NCBI GenBank assembly: GCA_050575255.1
Contig: JBNZDD010013386.1
Coordinates: forward strand, 124,001 to 188,000
Reading direction: 5' to 3'
From: Harriotta raleighana
Taxonomy: Eukaryota
Length of the DNA stretch: 64,000 nt
The notes below the pieces were generated by a model. It did not search any database, was not told where the DNA came from, and saw nothing but the letters and a program-made list of their open reading frames with translations. The translations under genes and the position numbers were made by a program. This document shows, piece by piece, positions 1-13,072 of this stretch (position 1 is the stretch's first letter; every line of letters begins with the position of its first letter).

Positions 1-1361
1 TTTGGTTGTCCTCTTGACACAGAAGCATATTTTTTTACTGTTGTTTTAATGTCAAATGTACAGTTACAAACCAAAGTGAATAATCCATTTATTGCTGTGG
101 TTTTCCATTTTAAGCCAAACTTTACAAAATAAATTAGACCCTAAACTGCCCGGAAAGTGGCCCCATAAATCGACGACTGTTTACATACAGTCTCAGTCGA
201 TGTCGGTGTAAGTCATAACTCAACCCTTCCAGGACAATGTCTTCGCTGCTTGTAGATTGATTCACTTCAACGGCTGAATACTCTAAACAGCTCACTTCAT
301 CTTCATAACAAAATATTTGCACTGAAACAGACCCACTATCTGGAATGTGCCTCTTCAATAGCCTTACCCAGGCAATGCTTATTGATCTGTTCATCAACCA
401 AGGACAGAGCCCTGAGTAACAGCACATGTGATATGTTGGAAGAAGAACAGTTAGCAGAGACAAATTGACCAGTATTCACCAGTCTGGTATCCAGAGCCAT
501 TTGATATGTCTGAGTGGTCATTAATGTCCAGGGATTAGGGTAGAGGACAAGATCAAACAACAAGATCCACAGGAGTGAGTGAGACCAGAACATTGTATTG
601 AGGAAACAGTTTACACTAAACAGGAATTGAATCTCATGGAAACTGGTGATAGAGAATCCATCTCTGGATCCAGTCGGTGGATTTATAGGTCTCACTGACA
701 GCAGAAATCCTTTTATATCCAGTCATAAACCCTAGCTGGATTTCTGAATTTATTTCTGGCTGCTGTGGATTAACAGCAGGTTCAGCCCGTGGGAGATCTT
801 TAGGTACCGACTATATTTATTGTTGCTTTGGTCCTTTTTGTTCTCTCCTGTTTGCAATGACTTGTGTCTGCCAAGGTTTCCCCAATGTTTGCTAATAAAC
901 TGGGACTACCCTGCACTTTAGGGCTCTGGCTTGCGATGTTAACAGGACAGAGTGTCTCTAGTGATTAGTCTGTCCTTCAAAGCCCTACTGACTAACCAGG
1001 CTGGCTGTGCTGTCATCAACAGTGTCCTGGAGCACTGTGGACCTTGTGAACAGGTAACAGCTGTTGGTATAAACTAAGTCAAGTGTCATCTGAAGGTTAC
1101 AGCCCAGTCCGAACCAAAGTTTTTGCTGTTTGATGGAGATGCCAGCCCGACAGCAGCTCCCAACTGATCTCAGGAAACACAACACAGACCAGTAATGGAG
1201 TCTGGATATATGTGGATCAGTATACCTTTGTGTTATACTAGATTAGTGCCTTTACTTACAATGCCATCAGCCAAACAAAGGTCTGCTGCTTGAGTAAAGT
1301 GCCTGACATGCAATTGTTGGGGATTTTTTGCTTTCGGATGCAATGCAGCCTCTGAGCTATT

Positions 1362-1655
1362 GATAATAATAATCTTTGCATTTGATTTAGTGCCTTGTCA
1401 CATCGCTGAGATGCAGCAGCCAATTGTGCACAGTAGTGTTTCACAAACAGTGGTGGATTGAGTGACCAAATTGTCTTATTTATTTTGAAGGGATTATTAC
1501 CCCCAGGGAGAGCAATCGGCTAAGCAACTGGGTTCATTACTGGTTTCATTACTTATTGCAAGGTAAACAGCAAGGCATGGAATGAGGAAATTTACCTGAG
1601 GTTTTTGTTATACCCAGGAATCGAACCCAGATCCACTTGTTTGCCAGTGGTCTCA
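1362..1655 (-). mobile_element. Diverged tRNA-derived SINE
   Basis: (AAT)n-ctttgcatttgat tail, gcagccaattgtgcacag core, ggaatcgaaccc B-box complement. Confidence 0.75.
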
Positions 1656-4600
1656 CCATTGCTCCAATCCTACTGTCTCCAGCCCACCGTTACCTGCCTC
1701 CTTTGGCCTCCTCTGGGTGCTGACCTCTGCCCAACAAGCTCAGAAAATTGTTGGAAAAAAAACAAAGCAAAAGAGTTTCCATTTGGCAGCGAGCTGCGGA
1801 TTCCTGATGGCTGAAAAGAGCTTAAGTGTTCCGAGAAATCTCCCCCAAAATATACAGTAAAGTCGCTTTGTTACGACAAGTAACTCTTCCAGTAGATTTA
1901 AACAGTATTATTCTTCATTGTGGAACCCAGAGATCGGGTGGGTGGGGGGGCGGAGAAACTGCTTCTGATTAATGTCAAAGATTTTAATTCCTCCCCCTCC
2001 TCCCACCCACCCCCTCCCCCTTCAGTTTATCCATTACCTGCCACACGATCTGAATTAAGATCATGTCATACCATTTTGTTATTGTTCAGGCGAGAAAGTT
2101 TAAACCTCCTCCTCTCCTCCCCTCTATTGTCAACACTCACCACAAAGGAGAAAAAGATAAGGTTTATGGATAAACAAATGTTTCAGGGGTCCACTCGGGG
2201 AGGTGGCAAAGAATGGCCACAGGTATTCAAAAAACACCCATAAACTCTAAAACAGTGTCTTTTCCCAACTCCTCATCGGAACGACAGGTTAAAGGTCAGC
2301 GAGTTTGGATAATTCCAGACGAGGAAGATTGTCATTTATTTTTCCAGAGATTCCAAGCAGTTGTTTTTAACCGAGTGGCCCAGACCTGTTAATGAGTCAG
2401 CTTCCAGAAATCACGCAACCTCTCAGATTTGAAGGGAAGGGAAAATAAGCTTCTCACTAAAACAAATATTAATTCTTCTCTATTTCCACATAATGTTGGC
2501 CCCTGTGAATTCTCACAGTAAACTCTGCTCGCAGTTAGCCATGCCCGAGTGGTAATTAGCTGAATCGGTGGGCTCGGACACGCAGAGCTAGACGGAGCTC
2601 AGTGCAATATGGTTGACATGTGTTTGGTGGGGGCTCCAGGAGTGAAACACTATTTCTTTGTCCTCAATCTGTTATTACAGGGCAGTCAGTTCTGAACGTT
2701 TTGTAATTTCATTCTGACTGTTCTATCAAAGAGTGGCCAGAAGCAACTGAGCGCTTCAGAGATGTGTAACCCAGGACCTATTGCAGAAATGTATTTAATA
2801 CACGGCAAGAAACACAGAGCGTCATGTAAATCACAATTCATATCTTCCTAACAACTTCTGTGAGTGGTTTTGTGGTGCAATCCTCAGACACGTTGTGCTA
2901 AACTAGTGTATGTATTAGTGTATGGACGAGCAATTCTGCTGATTCTCCGAGCCAATGGCTTGTGAGAATGTGAAATGAACGTGCCCACAAAGCCCGGGAT
3001 TCAAAATCAACGGCAGTACTTAAAGAGCGCAAAGGAGCTAGGTACTGTACATGGGAAGTCAAGGGGTTTAAGGAAGATGGAGGAAAAAGTAAAAAGTAAG
3101 ATTAGAAAAACAAAAGTAACTATTACAACTGTTCAACCTACCAAATAACTATTTCCTTCCTTTCCTCTTTCCCAAATTTATAGACACTGGTCCTGGCAAT
3201 CCAGAACTTGCCAGATGGTTTGAGACAATTGTGGATATTCTAGTAAAAAAAAATCAAATAAACAATGGGTGCACCAGGATTAAAACATATTTAAGGTAAG
3301 AATTAAGGGCCATCAGTAGCTTGTGAAAGTCTTCAACCTTACATACAGCTGTAAACTTAGTGTCAATGTCACATCTTCCCCAAAGAGGAGTTGCATATTC
3401 ATTAATTACTATAATCTGGGTAATCAAAAGCCAGACAATAATGTAAAAGACCTCAAACGTTACTGGTCCTAGGTTTGCTGCTCTCTAAAGCTGTGACATA
3501 TTGAGAAAACACATGTCTAATTTTACACTGAGCTGCAAAAGGATTAGAGGAACCACAAACGGGGTTGACTGAGACTCAGGAGTTGGGCTGAGATGAGGTG
3601 AATGAGAGTTTCACAGGAAGATCAGAATTTTCTTTGGTCATCCAGGTTTCTGACACATCCAGAAACCCATCCGTCTGCTTCACTGTATCCCAATGCCACT
3701 CTCTCCCCAGAGGGATGCCTCTGTCTTGCCTTACCCTGGAGAATTGGGCAAGTTTGGTTTGAAATGAAAAGCCCGAAGCAGGATTGGAGATCAGAAGAGA
3801 TTTCCTCCCCAAAGGTTAGTGGAAGAAACTCGCAGAAAAAGTAGCCGTTTCTGCGGCAACTATCACGTTCTACACCACGTGGGGTTAAGTGTCTTGTAAT
3901 AGAAAACACGTGGACAGCGAACGAGATAAACAGAACTAAGAAAATAAAGACCTCAGTCGAGTTTGTAAAGAAAAGACACATTCTTGTGCCTTCAGGAGTA
4001 CTGATCAATGTCAGCTCACTGCTGCAGCCACTCCGACTCCAGCTCGGCTCCCAGTGAGTTAGTGAATGTGGGATTGCTGAGACCCTGCGTTGTGTCTGGA
4101 GGCTGACACTTCTCAGGCTCTATCGGGTTTATCACACCCTGAATCTTGCCTGGGCCAGAACCCAGAGTCCACAGCAAGTGGCACTTTCCCAATGGTTAAA
4201 CTTAGGAGCAGAGTGTCAGAGGAGAGAAGCCTTTATAGACAAGACGGACACTCCCAAAGAAGCAACGGTTCTCTGTGTTACTCCCCGATCAGGATCAGGT
4301 CTCTTGTGCGATGCTTCATGTGTAGAAATATCTGAATGACTAGCTCATCCACTAGCAGTGCAAGCACATATCTGCAATTTCATAATATTTTAATGTAGCG
4401 GACACTTTGGTCATTATTTACACAACAGAAACTTGACAGTATATTTACTCAGACAGTTCAAAATGTACAAATGTCTTGACTGTCTGTTCTAGTGAGTTTT
4501 GGACCCTCCACTCTTCCTTGTTCGTTCCAGGCAAAGTCTTATACTGCAGGGCAACAACACACACTCAGTCATTAAGAGCTTTCTCGAGCCCTGATAGACT

Positions 4601-7029
4601 ATAGAAAAGAGGAAGTTAAACCAGAGGGAACTGAGTGAGACAAGAAGTGAAGCAAAGAGGAAAATGCTGTAAAAGAACTGTTTTTGTTTAGGCCAGTCTG
4701 GACAGCTGACAAGTGAAAACCCATCACCATGTGTAAGAGTATCCAAAAGAGATTGAGTTACACATGTATGGCACCAACAAATGGAAAAATAACTGAGTCT
4801 GGAATAGATTGCAGACACTCTCCCTGGAGAGACACATCCTAATAATGCCAGACAGTACTGTATTAGATTGGTGAGAGCCAAGGCTGAGTACGTTAGGGCA
4901 CTGCTAGAGTTCAACCGGGCAAAAACTGCTTAACTCGCCATTGACAGCACCATCCAGCAAGCTTCCCAATGCTTAACCAATGAGTTTGACCCGAATCATC
5001 AGGGGTTTGACTAGAGTCTAGACAGCCTGTTCATCAGCCTGGCTGGTGGGTCAGCATTGCCTTTGTGGCTCAGGTAATGCCACATCAAGAAGGCCACACA
5101 GGATTGAGTTGATCTGACATTTTGGTGCCAGACTTGTCACATTAGAGATCACTCGGCTCCAAGGAGATCCGGCTTAACTCCCACACAAGGAGGAGTCGCT
5201 TGTTGGTCATTTACAAAGATTATTATATCTACAGTAAGTCTGATCTGTATAAATCATATAAATTGCCTAAATCATGCATCTGCCCAAGTCCCTTTCAAGA
5301 GTTTATACTCCTCGCCAGCTTGATATAACTCAAACTTTGTACAAATGATAATAAATACATAGTCCTGATCCATACAATGTACGTGAGGTTTACTGTAGTA
5401 TTACTCCCCAGGTATTACCTGCGCACTGTAGCTTCTATGATAGATTGTAAAGGGACTAACGGGCATTGCCATCTAGATGTTTTTGTAGGATTGGGTCAAG
5501 GGGATGGGATGGAAGATGGTGAAAAGATCTTATGAAAGCACTCATTGCTTCCACAGCTGGCTTGTGTTGGATCCCTACATTATGCACAGGATCTCAGCTG
5601 TGGGAACTGTTCGTTTAGCTCACACACAACCACGTGTTCTGTCTCTCAGGCGCCCTTCATCGCTGACCTTACTTGTTCCTGGAAGGAAAATGTACAGAAA
5701 GTACAGAACAGAGCTGGGGGGAGGGGGTGGGGGGGTAGGAGGAAAAACACACATCTAATCTGAGTTAATAACAGATTAAGTAGATTCAAAATATGGGGCA
5801 TAAAGAAAGGTATTAATTGAGCAGATGTATCTTTCCCCACCTAGCCTAACACAGACACTATTCATCATGACTAACTGAATGGCTGGTATAGCAACTGATT
5901 GTTGAGAAATTCTGGCTCCCTGACTGAGGATCAGGAGAAATGTCTTAAATATGAAGTTGCTTTGCCAAGTGCAACAGGCAGTAAGTGTTACTGCCTTTTA
6001 CTGACAGAGCACTGCAGAAACGTTTAAACAGAACCTCTCAAGGATAGTATTAACCTATATATGGGTTTGTGAGCTGCCATTTTCTCATATTTTGCAGTTG
6101 GTAACATTTCACAGCTGGAATATAGTCTATGAACACTTGAAACAAAGAGCAGATCAGAGATCTAAATCTTCTGCCCCTACATTGACAGTGTGTGTTTTGG
6201 GGGGGTGTGGGTGGGCGAGGACTTTCCCACTGGCTTCTAGTTATATCTTCCCAGACGAGGAACACTATTTTATTATATTCTGTGCAATTTGTCCTTTTAA
6301 ACCCCTGTCCAAGCTCCTGTCAATTGTACTTAAAGACTGTTGGCAGCCAACGTGCATCAATACCATCCACGGGTGGGGTTTCACCAGGTGTCGGTGTGGC
6401 ACCGAAGATATCCAGCCACTTTTGGAAAGGGTTTATTATTATTATTCTGCTCAACAATTGTTCCTTTAAATGCTGTTACTGATGATGATTGGACAGTAGC
6501 TGTGCCCGTTCATTGTGATTAAAATCACTAAATGCTGATAAGATTTTTAAAAACTCAACAAGTTTAAAGATTCAGTGAGGCTGATGGGATCCTTTCAGTC
6601 TATCAGGATCTGATGAAGTATCAGTGATTCAATAGCTGTTTATAATACACATGGACAGTTATTGGGAGAGCGCATTTTCCAGTTTCATTACCAATAATAG
6701 AACATACGAAAGTAGGAATAACAGTTAGGAATATCAGTTGCCCATTTCCTCCACACAATGTGTTGTCTCATTGATGTACTTTGGTTTTAAATCTATGCCC
6801 TTTACAACAACAACAACAACATTACATTTGTACAAGGCCTTTCATGTCAGGAGGACGTCCCAAGGCGTTGTTTTCATGGTATCAAATCTGAGTTAATAAT
6901 AAATTAAGTAGATTCAAAATACGAGGCATATAGAAAGGTATTAATCTGTTAATATCTTAAATCTGTTTTCATGGTAAATCAAATTGCCATATTGTCCATC
7001 CCTCTCAGAATTATAAATGTACTCCATTG

Positions 7030-7245
7030 TGGAGTCCGGTAGCTCAGGTTAGAGCATTTGCCTTGCAAGCAAGAGACTTGGGTTCATTTCCAGACAGGAT
7101 GAAACATTGGGCAAGTTTCCTTACTAGATATGACTGATAATAATCCCTCAGATTAAAAATAATAATAATTGGTCATTTCAATCCATGACTGTTTGTGGGG
7201 ACGCTCCTGTGCTCAATTGGCTGCCGTGTTTCGCCCACAAACATT
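7030..7245 (+). mobile_element. tRNA-derived SINE, 3'-truncated
   Basis: gtagctcaggttagagcatttgccttgcaagc head; caattggctgccgtgtttcgcccacaaa core. Confidence 0.82.
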
Positions 7246-7828
7246 TCAAATTTGGCCCCACTGGATATTTGTTCAATGGTCTCAAGATGATACCTGTGAT
7301 CTGATCAGCTGATTTGCTAAAGCATCTTCTTGTTTGGGTCTAACATGAGAAATTTCATCAGTAAAAGTTACCAGAAAATCCACATTTTTTGTGTGTGGTA
7401 CATTGGGTGTTTGTGGGACACTTAGCAAATCAGCTGTCATGTTCACGTACAAAATACATAGTTAATAAACGTTAAATCATGTGAAGCACTTTGAGATGTG
7501 AAATCAACATACCAATATCAATAATTCTCTATCAAATGCACAGATTATTAGTTTAAATAAAGCTATGACAGAAAAATACAATACAAAATTACATGGGTTA
7601 TTTTAAAAAGGAATTAGTTCAGTTGTTTATAATTTTCGGTTACTAGTTGCCAAGAAATTCTTAGTGAATTGTAATATTTTGTAATGGTCAGGAAAAATGT
7701 GGAAAATGTGATAGGGTTAGCTATAGTAAACTGAGCTCAGGAAGTATGCTGGATATTTACGGTAGAGCAGATTTTGTTGCAGTTTGCCAGGACAATGCTG
7801 CAAATTGATCCCTTATTTTATGACATCC

Positions 7829-8157
7829 ATAATAATAATAATAACAATCCTTGCATTTGATATAGTGCTTTTCACATCTTCTAGACGTCTCAAAGCACTT
7901 CACAGAATATACTGTAAAGTGAATTGATATTTGTGTATATTTGTGGGCGAAATGTGGCAGCCAATTGTGCACAGCAGCGTCCCCCACAAACAGTCGTGGA
8001 TTGAAATGACCAATTTTATTATTGTGGTTTTTATTTTGGACGGATTATTATTAGGTGTGTAAAGTAAGGAAACTTGCCCAAAGTTTCGCCCTGACCTGCC
8101 TGGATTCGAACACTGGTCTCACACTTGTAAGGCGAGTGCTCTAACCACTGAGCTACA
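7829..8157 (-). mobile_element. Full-length tRNA-derived SINE, same family
   Basis: Reverse complement aligns with 17474-17815, including A/B boxes and the tail. Confidence 0.88.
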
Positions 8158-9741
8158 TAAATAATGCAGACTGCCCCCAATAAACACATGTTTTTATTTT
8201 TTAAATTGTGTTCATCATGCTTTAACATGGTTCTGCAACTCATTAAATGCAAAGGTTAAAACAATCTGAAAGAACTCCACCAGTGATTGCATTAATTATG
8301 TCCTCAACCCAAACAGGAAGAGATTATAAACTTACTTTGAATCTACATAAGTCTCAGGATTGTTCCTTCTGAATGCACGGAGATATTACTGTAAATATCT
8401 CTGTCAAACCGAGGTACAATTAAGAACTGTTAAGAAAATAGTTCAAACATATTAGATTTACGGATAAACAATAGAACTCAGATGAAATACTTCAGTTTCT
8501 TTCAAAACAGAGTATCGAGAAACTGCCTCTCCCAAAGCTCAACATTGACTTGCATCGATTCCTACAGAATAGTTGTGTAACATTTATCAAAGTGTTGGAC
8601 AGTTAAAGCTTTGCACCCGAGCTGGAGAGGTGGAGGCAGGGATGGTGGTTATAGGAAGGTTGAAGAGGAAGGTCGAAGAGACAGGCCTTGAAAGAGGAAA
8701 AGGAGGGGAAGGGAAGGGACTGTGGGATGGAGTTCCAAAGGGCAGGGGCAGTGATGGTCAGGGCAGGCCCAGGTTTGAACGTTAGGGAAAAATTGGTTTC
8801 AGTGTCCAGCATTCCAGCTGCTGGTCTCTAACCTGTGACCCAAGTAGAGATGTGGATGCTGTAGCCCAGGTGCAATGTGCCCATGTTTGTTCAACCTGAG
8901 AAGTTACACACGAGGCTCTGTGGAGCTTGGAACCGTATCCCAGTTGAAGTATCAAAATGAGTTAACAGTTTTGGGAGAGGAGGGGAGAAATTTTGGAAGC
9001 AGCGAATTGTTGAGAAAAAAAACTGTATGTAAAAGTACTGCGTTAAGTTCGGTATCTAATTCATCACTGAAGTGTCTGCCCCTGAAACATCAACAACAGT
9101 CTAGAAAAGTATAAATATTTCTCACTCTGAGGCCACATGAGGAGTTCAGCAAAGAAAGTTCAGAATAAACATATTGTTGGCGTCTCCAGCAGGAAGAGAG
9201 GAACAGGGGTCACAGACTCCACTGCGGGATGGGATGCTGGGAATGTAGAGAGATAACAGGATTGTAAATGTTTTATTGTTCTCAGAACACCTCTGGGCTC
9301 TGCATCACTTTGCGTTATGATCCTATTTTACAATATCCTATAATCCTATATTGTAGGAGGGAGAGATGGGAATGCGTGGTGGGATATGTATGAACATACA
9401 GTAAATCCAAACATGTCATTTCTACTACATTCCCATCCTCCACGACTATAGCAAACCCTCTGATCCAGGCATTGTGTGGTGGGAAATCAGAGAGAGAGAA
9501 AGACTCACTTCTCTTCCGGATCACCTCCAACAGACACTACCTTAAACTCAATTACTGACAAAAGATTTAGGCAAACAATTTTATTAGTAATTTGCAATCT
9601 TCAAGAGTCCACTTTTCAATGCTGATCTGCATATGATTTTGAACAAAAGCAGGCAAGTAGGTAGGTAGCTGAGAACAACAACAAAATTACACTTATATAG
9701 TCCTTTCACGTCAGGAGGACGTCCCAAAGAACAGGCTTAGC

Positions 9742-9763
9742 GTGTGTGTGTGTGTGTGTGTGT
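9742..9763. repeat. (GT)n microsatellite
   Basis: About 11 GT units. Confidence 0.9.
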
Positions 9764-10834
9764 ATTTCAGAATTGGTTTGCAACCAAATCTATTAAAACA
9801 GCAGAATATCGCACAACGACAGGCGTAATCATAATACGCCTGATGAGAAACACCTCCACAAAGAAGCGACATTCAGTAACAAAGGTTGAACGTGGACAGT
9901 CATTGAATCAACAAAGCTAATGAAATATCGTCTCTATAAGATGAAAGAGTTTATTGTAACCTTCTCAGTTCATGAATTTGATATTTGCAGTTTGGAGCTG
10001 ACGCCTTCAAAAACACTGAAGAACTGGAGAGGGTTCAGTGAAGAGCAATAAGGATAATTTCAGGGCTGCGATCGGAGGAAAGGGGTCACAAGATTCACCA
10101 TGTTCTTATGGTAAAGAAGAGAATATTTCCAGAGATTATAATACAAGAGAACACAAAAATTACATAATCTGGGGCTTTTGACCTAGTGAAAAGAATTGGA
10201 TGTTTTACATACAAGTTGTATCCCTATCGGGGCTTACATTAAACATTAAATAAGTTTCTACTTGGAGGGAAATCTTTCCACTCCAAAACCGTAGATATTG
10301 TAGAACAGATTCCTCAAAAAATAACAGCCCGGCTGGATTCAAAGGGGGAAGAAAGATATTGCCTGACAAACGTTGATGTTACTGATGGAGATAGTAACAC
10401 TCAAGTTCATTTACACTTTCAGGACATATTTTTCCAAGTTCCCGTCCTATAAAAGGAGTATCCCAGTTTAATAGATTGAGGGTCAAATATATCAAAGGAA
10501 CCTCGTGAAACATTGGATAGGCAGATGAAGGAGATTGATAATTAAACTTTTTTTGTGTTACACTATATCTCTGGCTTCATATTCTAAAAACAAAGTCTCA
10601 TCGTGTGATAGGAAGTTGTTAACTCAAAACCAGAATGTGACTCTCGGGGTAATAACACAGAAAGATTGACTGTGACAGTGGAATTTATTAATTCCTGCAA
10701 ACAAAACCCAAACAGAACAGATCTGACACGTTTGTAAATTTAGACGCATTATAAATGAGACGTTTGCAACGTTGTTCAGGCTTTTGACAAATTTTGAGTC
10801 ACGTAAATCAGATGAGTAAACTGAGAATCACCAT

Positions 10835-11392
10835 CAACAACAACAACATAATTAGGTTTCTGCGGCATCTTTCACGTCAGGACGTCCTAAGGCACTGGAC
10901 AGTTTCAGACCTGACCTGGGGTGGGGTTCGGGGAGGGTGGAGGAATAGGGAGGGGATTTGGGGTGACCGATGGGACAGTCAATCAGGAGGGTCTTGCGGC
11001 AGGAATTGAAGGAAGCCAGGGAGGGGGGTGGAGGAGGGATGGAATTCCAAAGGTTAGGGGTGGAGTGACTGAAGGCTCGCCTGCCAACGCTGGGGTAGAA
11101 GGGTCAGGGGATGTGGAGCAGACTGGAATCCACTGAGCAGAGGGAGCAGTCAGGTCAGGTTGGTAGGGGATTAGGAGGTCACAGATGTAGGGTGCGATGA
11201 GGCTGTGAAGGGCTTTGAAGGTAAGGACCAGGATCTTGAATTGAATCCTCTGGATGATGCGGAGCCAATGGAGTGGAGTGAGGATGGAGAGATGGGGTCG
11301 CGGAACTTGGGAGAGGTAGAGGACATGGGCCGCAGATTTGTGGAAGATGTGTAGCTGGTCGAGAGAGGAACTGGGAAGGCCACAAGCCTTCG
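10835..11392 (-). mobile_element. L2-type LINE 3' fragment
   Basis: (CAA)n tail, conserved tttcacgtcaggacgtcc terminus, remnants such as SLHPHSTPLAP and RIQFKILVL on the minus strand. Confidence 0.82.
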
Positions 11393-12026
11393 AACATCAA
11401 ACAGAACAACCTGAATTTAGCATTTGCCTTTTTCTGTGCGTTACATGGAGCTGGAGGCACATCTATAGCTACAATGCCAGCTGGCTCCAGAGAGCCCTCA
11501 AGTGCATTGAGGCACGTCGCAGGGTTAAAGCCAATGGACCTGTGTTCTTTTGGCCGTCTGGGTAAGGAGCATCCATTTTTCTGTGGCAATCTAATGTGTT
11601 GCTCTCACACTGGGCCAAACCAGCAACAATTGAGACACAGAATCAAACTCATCAACATGGAGAACTACTTTGGAACATCAGAGTGTCTGTCAGATACTGT
11701 CCTCACAACCGTGTCTGCGCCAGTCCGGATCTGTCATTGTAAATTCCATTCCCTACCTCCACACTGAAAATAGACTGCAGCAGCAGCCAGAGTAATGAGC
11801 TGAAGACATGGAGCTGCCAGGGAGACAAGGTGGGCCAAGTACCCCAGTTCCAAAATAAATGCGTGAGGGAGAAATTTAAATTATGATCTTCAGATAGAAC
11901 CTCCCTGAGCTACAGTCAAATGTACAGTTACAATGAGCTCTCACAGGCTAGGTTGATTCACAAATTTGCCCAAACATACAGTCACTCCACTTTGTGATTC
12001 CTTGTTTGTTCTCATAATAATGGAGT

Positions 12027-12731
12027 GGAGCCCTGTAGCTCAGTGGTTAGAGCACTCGCCTTGCAAGCTGGAGACCGGTGTTCGAATCCAGGTAGGTCAG
12101 GGCAAAACCTTGGGAAAGTTTCCTTACTCTACATGCCTACAACAACAACAACAACAAAATTACACTTATAGAGCGCGTTTCACGTCAGGAGGACGTCCCA
12201 AGGCGCTGGACAGATTGGTTCAAGGGAAAATGTTCAGGGCGAGGGGGGGAAGGGTGGGAGCAAGGAGGGGGTAGAGACTCGAGAGGGGCGTTGAAGGCAC
12301 GGTCGAAGAGAAAGGTCTTGAGACCGGCCTTGAAAGAGGAAAGGGAGGGAGCAAGGCGAAGGCACTGGGGGATGGAGTTCCAGAGCCTGGGGGCTGAGCG
12401 GCTGAAAGCCCGGCCGCCGATGGTAGGACGGTTAGGGCAGGGGACGTGGAGCAGATCAGAGCCAGAGGAACGGAGGGTACGGGCAGGTAGATAGGGGGAT
12501 AGTAGGTCAGAGAGGTAGGAGGGAGCAAGGCCTAATAATCATCCCTCAAAAAAAAATTGGTCATTTCAATCCACGACTGTTTATGGGGCACGCAGCTGTG
12601 GGCAATTGGCTGTCATGTTTCACCCACAAATATACAGGCAATTCACTTTAGGGTATTCTATGAAGCGCTTTGAGATATCTAAAACACATGAAAAGCACTA
12701 CATCAAATGCAAGGATTATTATTATTATTAA
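12027..12731 (+). mobile_element. tRNA-derived SINE interrupted by an antisense L2 fragment (12138-12530)
   Basis: A box TAGCTCAGTGG, B box GTTCGAATCC; body resumes at 12531 and ends atcaaatgcaagg(att)n. Confidence 0.88.
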
Positions 12732-12814
12732 TTTACTGTATATCCTTTGAAGCGCTGTGGGATATCCTGCATTATTAAACGCAGTCCTGGGGAACGCGGC
12801 GTTGGTAGAGTTAT

Positions 12815-13072
12815 GGCCCTTGAGATGTCAAACTGAGATTCCGTCTGTTTAGGGGGACATTATAGAGATCCCAGGATACTGTTGAGAAAGTGTCCTGGCC
12901 AATATTCTTGCCTCAGCCAATTTCACCACAGCTTAGATCATTTATTCATTCATCGCTGTCTGTATATTTCAGCATTTCTCTTTACAGTTCAAAATTAACG
13001 TATGTACATGAAGTGCTTAGAGATGTGATTTTTGGCATGTTTGGGTGCAATATTAAATGCAAAGATTATTAA
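12815..13072 (+). mobile_element. Deu-domain SINE fragment
   Basis: tgagatgtcaaactgag...gtgtcctggccaatatt...cctcagccaa, ending aaatgcaaagattatt. Confidence 0.6.

Noticed and set aside
134-463. 109-aa minus-strand ORF as an exon of a neighbouring gene such as ARMC9
   Set aside because: No similarity to any protein I recognise and no convincing splice pair.
11474-11767. ORF with an internal GTAAGG donor-like site
   Set aside because: No recognisable homology and no partner exons.
12027-12100. tRNA genes (also at 7030, 8090, 17480 and 48072)
   Set aside because: The A/B boxes run straight into a shared SINE body and tail with no proper acceptor stem; these are SINE heads.
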